This document shows positions 14,401 to 24,100 of a stretch of 64,000 bases of DNA, one piece after another (the first letter of the stretch is position 1; each line of letters opens with the position of its first letter). Origin of the DNA: Asterias rubens (lineage: Eukaryota). A program made the translations under genes and the position numbers. The notes beneath the pieces were generated by a model. It ran no database searches and was not told where the DNA came from. It was given only the letters and a program-made list of their open reading frames with translations. The stretch lies in the NCBI RefSeq assembly GCF_902459465.1, contig NC_047081.1, positions 11,594,001 to 11,658,000 of the forward strand, read 5' to 3'.

Positions 14401-16084
14401 AAAAGATCTATTGTAAAAATAATTTTAAAAAGTTAATGGTCTGACCATGGAGGTAGCGTTTCAACCCTAGCAGAGTCTTTTCGACCAAAGAGAATGACAA
14501 AGATTGAAGGGTAGAATTCTTTCTTGTTGCAGGAACACGCAGACACAGAATGGAAGTTCCACAGGGCGGTTGTTTGGGACGCGTACCTCCATCCCGTCGT
14601 TACTCTACCTCCGCCTTTCAACCTCGTACCCACGGTGAAGTGCCTATCTCGCCTTCTTCGATATATTGTCGGCATATGGGTCAAATCGGCAAGAAGAGTA
14701 CCGAGGAGTTTTGTAAGTTTTGTGTGAAAATATTTTCTCAAATTTGTAAACCGAGAGATTTTTATTATTCGTTGATCCTAGATCCAATTTTCTGATTTTC
14801 AACTTTATATATTAATTATTTTATTCCAGAAATGTTCACAAGCTAAAGACGAGCTTGCTGACTACACGGTAAGTTTTGAACCATTACGCTTACCACCAGG
14901 GCCCATTTCCATAAAGCTGTTAAGCATAAAATACTACTTTGCTGAGTTGTGGGGCACCAGTAACAGTAATGTAATTTTAATGCAATTTTGGCGGAAAACA
15001 TGTTTCTGTCAAGCAATTCTTTTCTGTGCCTAAAGCGTTTTTGTGCTTGCAGGCTTTATGAAATTGGGCCCATGCAATTTGGAAATACATCAGAGAGCAG
15101 AATGGTATTCCTCTTATTACCAACTGTTCCCTTCTTATGAAAGCAACTAGTTTGAATTACATACTAACCGTGAAAACCATTGCAAGTTTAATGTAATCTG
15201 TGGACATTGTGTTATGTGTCCTACAAAACGTACCCAGTTAAATAGGAAAAATGTTTGTTTTCTCGCACAGAGAGTAATAAAACTCATCGGCAGTCGCTAC
15301 ATCCAACAAAAGCTATCATCGGAAACCGATGCAGTCAGTCCAAAGGATCTAACTCTATTGAAGAATGACATCTTGTCTGTCAGGTATGCCACCATTTTAA
15401 ATTATGCTTTGCCTCAGCTGCACCCACATCACCTCTGACCAATCAAAACACAGATATGTAAAGCTTACGTCACTGCATATTTATATTGTTGTTTCCAATG
15501 AAATCACTGTTCTGAAAAGCAAGTACCCGTCCCAAAACGGCGTGCAAATTAGGTTGTTTGTGATTCATGGACATAAGATGATTTGCATTTGTGCGCTTCC
15601 TGTTTTCAATCTCATTCTGTTTCAAATTTGCAGATATTTCATCAGAAACCGCATAAAAAATTACAATTCGTCGCTACACCGTACCCAAGACTCGTGTACC
15701 GGGGTCGGGGAGAAACTGGAGGACCTTGTCCCTGTAGACAACAGAGTAGACGGCCTAAACTCGGACTCGACGGAGCTCAAGGACCGGAGCGAGGAGCTCA
15801 GAGAAGTCATCGAAGCTCTTAAGATTGGGATTGAACATTTGGCAAGACTCCAAGACCAGCCCCAGAGAAGACCACCACCGGCAGCGCGCCCTCCAGCGGC
15901 AGCGCGCCCTCAAGCGGCAGCAGCGGAGGCCGAGCCGTTCGAAGAGACGGATGTAGTTCGTCGTATAACTTCGATGATGGAGAGTGGCAATGCATTGGGG
16001 CAGAACCCTGGCTTATGGTCAGAGTTGTCTGCAGCGGTTAGTCGAGCTGATAGTCGAGTAGGGCTTAGTCAACCTAGTGAATGA
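5474..16084 (+). CDS. TRPC-like (short transient receptor potential) cation channel, paralog A, ~954 aa, 15 coding exons
   Basis: Hand-spliced GT-AG exons with consistent phases: 5474-5693, 5847-5965, 7700-7807, 8309-8473, 8918-9043, 9961-10065, 10434-10621, 11023-11159, 11573-11712, 12003-12580, 13635-13830, 14533-14712, 14830-14868, 15271-15383, 15634-16084 (2865 nt including stop). TRPC hallmarks: ankyrin region (AIENG..GDAL, TPIILAAQKNNYEVVK), FIAHPHTQ, DPVLVSEALY, LGPLRISLG, pore LYWTLFG, S6 LLNALIGMLSNSY, TRP box EWKFHR and LPPPFNLVP. There is an in-frame stop upstream of ATG 5474. Confidence 0.9.
6004..6228 (+). mobile_element. tRNA-derived SINE
   Basis: A-box-like GTCGTCGCCTAGCGGTTAAGAGC, B-box GAGTTCGAATCC (6067-6078), then a core-like GTGTCCTTAAGCAAGACACTT; no intact cloverleaf. 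Confidence 0.7.
6232..6388. mobile_element. Family E MITE (AGGATTAATCCT-rich)
   Basis: TIR-like ends CCGATTTCACGAAA / TTTGGTGAAATCGACGG. Reverse copy at 46356-46520, partial copy at 61775-61846. Confidence 0.7.
7211..7309. repeat. Perfect 33-bp tandem repeat x3
   Basis: TTGGAAGACTAGATGCAATCGGGCTTGAAAGTA at 7211, 7244 and 7277. Confidence 0.95.
8503..8880. mobile_element. Family A MITE, right end degraded
   Basis: TTAAAGGCACTGGACA... with the shared internal sequence; fills most of TRPC-A intron 8474-8917. Confidence 0.8.
11782..11905 (+). repeat. Dispersed repeat family I (ACCAATC...ACGTCACTGC...TCCAATGAAATC...AAGTACC)
   Basis: Similar copies at 15438-15530 and 22810-22906, all in TRPC introns. 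Confidence 0.6.
12675..13064. mobile_element. Family A MITE, full length, opposite orientation to 3995-4380
   Basis: Both TTAA-flanked TIRs present; the interior is the reverse complement of the 3995 copy. Confidence 0.85.
14098..14265. repeat. ~61-bp tandem repeat, ~2.7 copies
   Basis: TGGATATTGG(A/T)CATTCACGT(A/T)GGTTTGTGCAGTGA..GTCT... repeated. Confidence 0.85.
14899..15071. mobile_element. Family F-related MITE
   Basis: GGGCCCATTTCCATAAAGC ... GCTTTATGAAATTGGGCCC. Confidence 0.7.
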
Positions 16085-16430
16085 AAATAACATACACTGG
16101 TGGAACAATAACTCCTTTAAATTATTCCCTATTATTATAAGCAATATGAGTGAACAATTAGTTGACTTTTTAAAAAGGTCAAGAAAAAACAGTAGTAAGT
16201 TATATGGATGCGCTCAGATAGTCAACCTAGTAAATAGAAATAGAACACTGGTGGAACAGTAACTTACATATTCCTTATTATTATTAGCAATTGGTGAACT
16301 GTTATAGCTGGTTTGATAAACAGTCTAGAAACAACCCAGTAACAAATCAAATTGTGGATGCGCTCACTGGGGCCTCATCAACACAAATGAAAACAGAACA
16401 CTCGGGGAACAATGTATTGAGTCCTCATTA
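16068..16430. repeat. Degenerate ~152-bp tandem repeat overlapping the TRPC-A stop codon
   Basis: GTCAACCTAGT at 16068 and 16221; GGATGCGCTCA at ~16206 and ~16357; ACACT(G/C)G(T/G)GGAACA in each unit. Confidence 0.75.
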
Positions 16431-17012
16431 TTCACCCTTAGAATGTTATGCACAATGTTGATGTGTTATACTTTTATTTGTGGGTATATTTTATCTTTAA
16501 CAATATTATTATTAGGGCCTACTGCTTTATTTGTTTCTGTAGCCACTACATAATGAAACTACAGAATTGTGTCAAAGGTCAATGTAGACCAAATGTACTG
16601 GCATTTTTTTATTACGATATTTGTATACAATCAGACGCCAACTCTTTTGAATGATGGGTAGTTGTAGTCCATACATTTCTAATGTAATCCTATTATCCTT
16701 ATTATGAGGACCTATTTAATGAATATTAATGTATGTATACAGCAGGCATAGGTATTTTGACAACACAGTATTATTTGGAAATGGAATTAAAAAGATAATG
16801 AGATCAGGGACAATAAGTTGTAACGCTGTCTTCAAGAAGTGTATCAGCAATTTTGTTATACCAAATCAAAGTGCATTGCGCTTGTGATGTATGGTTGCGC
16901 TTTATAACTGGCCTAATGTGTTAAGAAGTATGGTTCTATCATCCATGTGTACAAATTGAGTCTCAACGTTTGCGGAAGCTTGAAGCATGGCATTTTACTT
17001 TTAATATGAATT

Positions 17013-17145
17013 CAAACAACATCAACAACACGGCAACAACAGCAACAGCAGTAGCAATAACTAAACAGAAACAACAACAACAACAACAACAACAGCTCAG
17101 CAACACAAAAACAACACAACAACATTAACAGACAAGAACAACAAA
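17013..17145. repeat. Imperfect (CAA)n microsatellite
   Basis: Seen directly. Confidence 0.85.
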
Positions 17146-17168
17146 ATCAGCATCTTGCAACAGAACGT

Positions 17169-17482
17169 TTAAAGGCAGTGAACACTTTGGGTAATAACTA
17201 GGAGAAGTTTCCGAATGGCGCCACCACTTTTTCATTCGATATGAAATAATATAGTATCTAATTTACCTCAATGAGATATCCCTTTTTGTAAAAATGAGTG
17301 AAAAAGTGGTGGCGCCATACGGAAAGTTATCCATTTGGGCTCAATCGGTTATCGACGTTGCGAGATAAAAATGAAAGAAAAAAACACTCTTGTCACACGG
17401 AGTAACCTCTCCCCATTACTCGTCACCAAGTAAGGTTTTATGATTATTTTGAGTAATTACCAATAGTGTCCACTGCCTTTAA
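17169..17482. mobile_element. Family A MITE, internally deleted, carrying a nested family B MITE (17201-17332)
   Basis: Both TIRs with TTAA; interrupted by a complete family B copy. Confidence 0.8.
17201..17332. mobile_element. Family B MITE (~132 bp, GGAAAAGTTTCCGTATGGCGCCACC termini)
   Basis: ~33-bp TIRs. Near-identical copies at 42072-42203 and 48317-48448, an expanded copy at 41717-41881 and a reverse partial copy at ~19817-19914. Confidence 0.85.
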
Positions 17483-18146
17483 GTTAAAGCATGTATGATG
17501 GGTAGGGCATAATTCTACACAAGAACATGCTACGCAGAAGAAGACAGTGGTTTTGGTTTAGACGTTGTACATAACAAAACACAAAATCCAATTGCAGGTT
17601 GAGTGACTCCATTTAAAAGACTGCCAGATTAGTAATCCTCGAACAACAGTTAAAAGGTGGATGGCCCTACACAAATCATTCTCAGAATCACAAAGCTGCG
17701 TTGATTGCAACCCATTGCTTTCTTCATTTTGGAAGGACTGTATAGTTTTGGATGGGGTTTTACGTGTGGGTTTTTTTTTCTTGAAGGAGAGTTTTTCAAT
17801 AGACTACTATATGGCGTTTTTGTCAGTCTTTGAAACCACAAGAGTCACATGACAGGGCGTTTACAAGAGAGTGGCATTGGCACAGTAGGTTTTTGGTGTT
17901 GGTTTTAGCGTAGAGCAACGACAAGACTTGCTCAAGGTTTTAGGATACCAACAAATTATCGTGTTCTTATGTAAAGGCAAACTCGTCTGCTTTGGGAATT
18001 ATCGCTACACGGCAATTTATACGGCGCCTTTGGATTGGATATTATTATGGAATAAGTTGCATTATCAAGGCATATGCAAGGACCACCAGTTTTATGCGTT
18101 GGGAATTTACTTCATTGAAATTATCAGAGGATTAACTAACAACAAA

Positions 18147-21100
18147 ATGGAGAACGAAGCATATGAGATGGACGGGTTTGAAAATGGACATCGAACAAAC
18201 GGAAATCTCGCCCACGACGAAGCAAATCAAAATGGCTTTCATCTAAATGGGAAGTCTAGGGACTACGATGGGGAAGGTGGTGCTCTGGTGTCGAATGGGA
18301 AACCCTTGCCGCATGCTGAGGAGAGTAGACGGTATGATGTGGTGAAGGATTTGGCCCAGACCGGGAACGGACCGAAACTTGACGCACTATTGGCGGAGTG
18401 GGAAGACCTCGGATGGTTACGGGATTGGAGAAACGAAGATGGACTGACGCTATACGCAGATGCTATCACAGATGGATACATAGGTAGAGTATGCTCATTG
18501 TTCGTCTTGGTACTTGTTAGTTTTCCTCCTGAAACTTCCGCTGGGTAACTTAACAAGGAGGTCAGGAGAGCGTCGTCTTATTCGGTTTTTGTTGTTGTTG
18601 TTTAGGTCTAGATTGTGAACGTAATTACTTTTGAAGATTTGGTGGGATTTGGAATCTATGAGGGATTGTTGCAGGTCATTTCATAACTTCAGTGTTTTGG
18701 GAAAAAAAAGGATTGTTTGGAGAGGGTAGAGGAGATGCTGGGTATTGAACTGATTTTCGTTGCCCTTTCTTGGCCACTGCGGTTTTGATTACACCATTGA
18801 TCGTCTTATAAAGTGTTGTTGGGTCCTACTACTTACCGTCAACTCGCCGTCAACTTACTTGTGCCTTCAACTCGCCGTCAACTCCTCCAATATACATTTA
18901 AAATCCATAGAACGGCGACGTATCAGCTAAAAGAGAATTTGCGTAAGTTTTAGGTCATATTTCGGAATAAAAATTGAGGTTTTTTTTTTGTGAAAAAATT
19001 ATCTCGAAGCAGCAAAACCGTCGGCCGCCATCTTGCTTTTTCATATGGATTAATCTTGGCCCAAGATGTCAATGATTGGTACTTTTTTTATCAACACAAA
19101 GTCGTTTTTGTGAATGAATTTGTACCGAAAACCATGAGAAATATGTAGTTTAGCCCAGACTTAACACTTCCGTGCCCCATTTATAAATTTTTCAAGTAAA
19201 TTTAATGAGTTGACGGCACGAAAATGATTTGACGGCGAGTTGACGGCAAGTAGTAGGACCGGTGTTGTTAGCTGGTGAATTTGTCGTTGACTCTGAAGTG
19301 TGTCCCAACCCAAGGATACGAGCATGGTGGAAACACTAGATCAATCTATTAAATCTATGTCAATCAAAATAAATTATACCAATTAAAAAGGTTGAGCAAA
19401 TTTAGTGATATGCGAATACAAAGCCTGCAATCATAATGTTGTGCTTTAAAAAAAAACACAGTGTGGTTTCATAGCAGAGTCTTGGAGAAAGATTCTGCAA
19501 GGGTCGAAGCGTTGAGCCATTAACTATTAACCAGAGGTCATTTTTGTTGGTAATCAATTTTGGCCTCAATTTGCATAAGCTAAGTATGTTTATTCATATA
19601 TTTATTTTGTAGATGTGATCAACACGCTAATTAGTTATGACCTACCGATGGGTGATGCCCTCATACGGGCAATCGAAGCTGACTTCGGGGATGCTGTGGT
19701 GGCGATGTGTCGCTGTCTACGAAGGAGGAAGGTAAGACGCCACACCCCTAAACGTACCTCAATCTTAACCTGAATTCAGACATAATACGTCAAGGAGGCA
19801 ACGAAGGCGATTTTGCGGATAACTTTCCGTATGGCGCCCACTTTTTTTTTTTTTTTTTTTTTTACAAAAAGGGATACCTCATTGAGGTGTTAGATACTAT
19901 AATATTTCATATCGTTTAATCATTTTTTTTTTGCAGCTTCCAACCAAGAGTTGCTTTAAACATTGTTTAGGGCGAACTGGCAAACAAAAAATTGACAAAA
20001 GCAGCTCTATATGAAGTTGTACCAAAGATACTTCAAGGAGGTAACGAAGGCGATTGCCTCCATGCACCCTGGTCATTGCCTTGGTGTCATTTGAAATGCT
20101 CCAGTAGAAATATATACAATTTTCCCTTTACCAAGGAGAACAAGTCTCGGCGCCCTTGACCTTTAAAAAACGAACAAATCGGACCAGGTTATGTGTGAAT
20201 ACTTTGTGATGAAGAATACAAATTAATATTAGTCATTTTATCCAACAGGATCTTCGCAAGTCGATACTCAACGGTAAATGCGATAATGATGATTTTCATC
20301 CAGCTATAACACCTCTCCTTCTCGCTGCTCAACGTAACAACTTCGACGCAGTGCAGGTACAAAACAGTTGCATTAAAGACACTGGACATGTTTAGTAATT
20401 GTCAAAGACCAGTAATCTCACTTGGTGTATCCCATCATAATATGCATAACATAACAAATCTGTGAACATTTTGACCCAATTGTTCATCAAAGTTGCAAGA
20501 TAATAATGACAGAAAAAAAACATTTACAAGTTTTTGTGCTAAATTTTGTTTTGAGTATTTACCAAATAGTGTCCAATGCCTTTAATTCAAGTCAACCCTG
20601 TTAACATTTTGTGAATATTTTGATATCCACACATAAATCCACAGTTTCTAAAAAAGGAGTCAAAGAAGGCTGCAATCCCTAACTATTAACAATGACAGAT
20701 CTGATACTTCACGGAGGCAACGAAGGCGATTGCCTCAATGTCCTCTGGTCATTGCTCCGGTGCCCTTGAAATGCTCCAGTAAACATTTATAATTTCCCTT
20801 ATAGAGTGCCCTTCACCAAGGAGAATATGCCTTGGTGCCCTTGCCCTTCCAAAAACGAAGCATACATACCTGGATAGGCAGAGCATCAACACTCAGAAAT
20901 TGACCAATACTAGTGCCGGATTACTTTTTAGCTGTTTTGGGGCTCGTGTCTTTTTTTGACAAAGAGTTCCGAGCTTTCTTTGCGGACAATTCTTTAAAGA
21001 TTAAGCCTGTCTTTTTTTGACGCAGTCTTCGACCTTGTGTTTATTTCCCAGTATAATGGTATCATTTTGGTGCTCAGTATGCGACATATTGTGTATTGAA

Positions 21101-24100
21101 TCTCTGGAATTCTTTAGACTTTGAGGATCGGGGAAAGATGATTATAAACAAGATGGAAAGGGTGTGCTAAAGTTAAAGGGAAGACTAACATGGTAATGAT
21201 GGGGCCCAAACAGGGTCGCGTGTGACTTCGCTACCGTGAATTTCTAAGCACGTCAGATTGTGCACGTTACTTGATATTTGTTGAGTTTGTCTAAAGTTTG
21301 TTAGATGACGCAAACGTGCTCGAAACACCTGTCTAAGAGCAACTGAAGTTACTCAGTTAAAAATCAACACATAAAGTCTTTGTCATTGTCAAACAAACTT
21401 GCTCTAATTAAGCGATGCTAAAACTAAAATCATCATTTAGAAAACAAAATGCCTCGTAAAATTTAACATTGGGCAATCCTGTATCCAAAACGGCCTGAAA
21501 TTTGACATTCTGACTAACGAACAATTTTTCTCCTTGGTTCAGAAGGTAAAGATGCATTGGTTGTTGAAATCCAAATTCAAATTTTGCGTTAAACGATTCG
21601 GGTACTTTTTCAAAATGTCCACATATTTACATATTCAACTTACAGGGTTTGAAGATAGGTGGAAAGCTACCCTTCAAATATTACTAGTTTTTAAGAAATG
21701 AGTAAAACAAGTCACAAAATAATTTTCGTCTCAGGAAGACGAAAATTATTTTAGCATGTAAAATTTTACCAAACCATGGCATAACTGGTTAATCAGTTTT
21801 TACATGGTAAATCTGATGTCTTGAAATCAAATTCGTGCTCGAAAACTACGTCAGTTCAGAGGGAGCTGTTTCTCACAATGTTTAATATTATTAACCTCTC
21901 CCATTACCCGTTACCAAGAAAGGTTTTAATTATACTAATACTTATTATTTTGAGTAATTACCAATAGTGTCCACTGCCTTTAAGGCAATACAAACACTAT
22001 TCACAATCTGAATTTATGTGTTCCTCTTTTTATTTGTACAACAGCTCCTCGTGGAGCTTGGTGCTACTATCATTGAACCAAGCTTGTGTCTGGGTGACGA
22101 CGTAACCCTAACCCAAGCCACATCAGCCCTCCAAATCTACCGCGGTCTCTCCCGGCCCGCCTACATCTTGAACACCCAGACAGACGTCTTCGGCCACGCC
22201 TTCGAGATGAGTGCTAGGCTCCGAACCCTGAGCGTGATGTGGGAAGACTTCGGTGCCGAGTATGAGGAGATGGCCAAATCCGTTGACGTGTTTGCGGGAG
22301 AGATGCTCGGGCAATCTAGCTCGACTGAAGAGGTAGGTCGTAGTCTTGGTCCAAGACGTCACTTACTTATTCTCGTAACGTAACAAGGTGATAACTTGAC
22401 AGAGGGAGCGCTTGTTACAGGTCTCCTAGAGTAGACGGAAGAGGTAGGTCGTAGTATTTGTCCAAAACGTCACTATCTTATACTCGAAACGTAACAAGGT
22501 GATAACTTGACAGAGGGCGCGCTTTGTTACAGGTCTCCTCTAGAGTACAGCTTGTGATTATTATTTTGATTTAATTTGCCTTTTACCTAACACGTATTAA
22601 ATTGATTTATTCAATATTGAAGATTTTGGCGTTATTCCGCTACCACACCACCGACAAGTACCGAGACTCAAGAGGCGTGCAGCACCCACTATCCAAGATG
22701 TTCGAGGCGATCAAGTATCAACAGAAAGAGGTAAGATACCCCAATTTGTTTGTTCTGTCCTCTCGGGGAAAAAAAGTAGATATTGACAAATCACGTCAGT
22801 TCGGAGCAGACCAATCATAACGCAGATATAAAAAGCTTAAGTCACTGCACGTTTATCCAATGAAATGATTGGGTCTGTGAAACTAGTACCTATCTTGCGG
22901 ATAAAGACAGGAGACCAGATTCAACAGAGTCCACAAAATGTTACCTAGTGACCCACCGTCGACCCCCTCTTGACAATACCTGCAGATTACCTCTCTTGTT
23001 TCGGTGCCAGTGCGGATTATATCCCCCGGTGAATCCGCCCTCACTTAAACATATTGTTTTAATTCAAAGACTGCCTGTTCTAATTTTGATTGGCTGTCCC
23101 CCATTTGGTTCTTCTCAGTTCATAGCTCATCCTCATTCCCAGAAGGCGATCATTGCGCAGTTCTACCAGAATCTTCTGAGCTGGAACGAGAAGGGTGTAA
23201 TCCACCAGATCCTGCTCACACTTTTTGTCCTCCTGGGATATCCAATCATTTCCCTGCTCTACATTTTCTTCCCATTCTCGAAGGTTGTCAACTTTGCTAG
23301 ACTGCCGTGAGTATAGGAATTTTAAATCAACACTAGACTAACCAGAAACCATAGAGCACATGGATGTTGACTACACAGTTTATATCGAACCATGCACTGG
23401 AGCATGGTCGATATTATATGGTTAATTCGAGAGCTACGTCACAGTTTCTGGTCCCGTCTAGTCGCTCACCCAAACTCATAGATTCACACTTTACTTGTCA
23501 AAACACAGCTACGTCATGATGCTGATGAAAGCTGGTTCCGGGTTCACCTTCCTAGCTATGCTGATTGTCGACTCTGTTCTTGATAAATACGACTATCCAA
23601 CCACTATAACAGTAATACGGTGGCTCATAGTGGTCTGGATCCTAGGTAAGTGCATTATAGAAAGTTTCAACTTGCAAGTGTTTTGTACTCGGTCATTACA
23701 ACTGCACATAATGTGCAAAAAGGGACTTTGGGGGACTCTAAAGTCTGCTGCCACCTAGTGTTCAAAGGTCTCCCATTTACCCCATTGGTCGAACTTATTT
23801 TACTTTATAGACCTATGCCAAAGTTAAAAAATACACTGCAAAACCGTTCTGGAAAGATCAGGGCCCAATTTCATAGAGCTGCTAAGCACAAAAATTTGCT
23901 CAGCATGAAATTTCTTCCTTGATAACAACAGGGCTACCAACCAAATTTCCATGTGATTTTCAGGATAAGCAAACAACAGCTGAATACCAGCAACAAGGTA
24001 AACCTGTTTTTACCGAGGAAGAAATTTCATGCTAAGCAAATTTTTGTGCTTAGCAGCTCTATGGAATTGTGCCCAGATTGACATAGATTATGGGTCCTGT

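Noticed and set aside
17928-18146. ORF-track N-terminal extension of TRPC-B
   Set aside because: It starts at TTG with non-coding composition; ATG 18147 (MENE) parallels MENP of paralog A.
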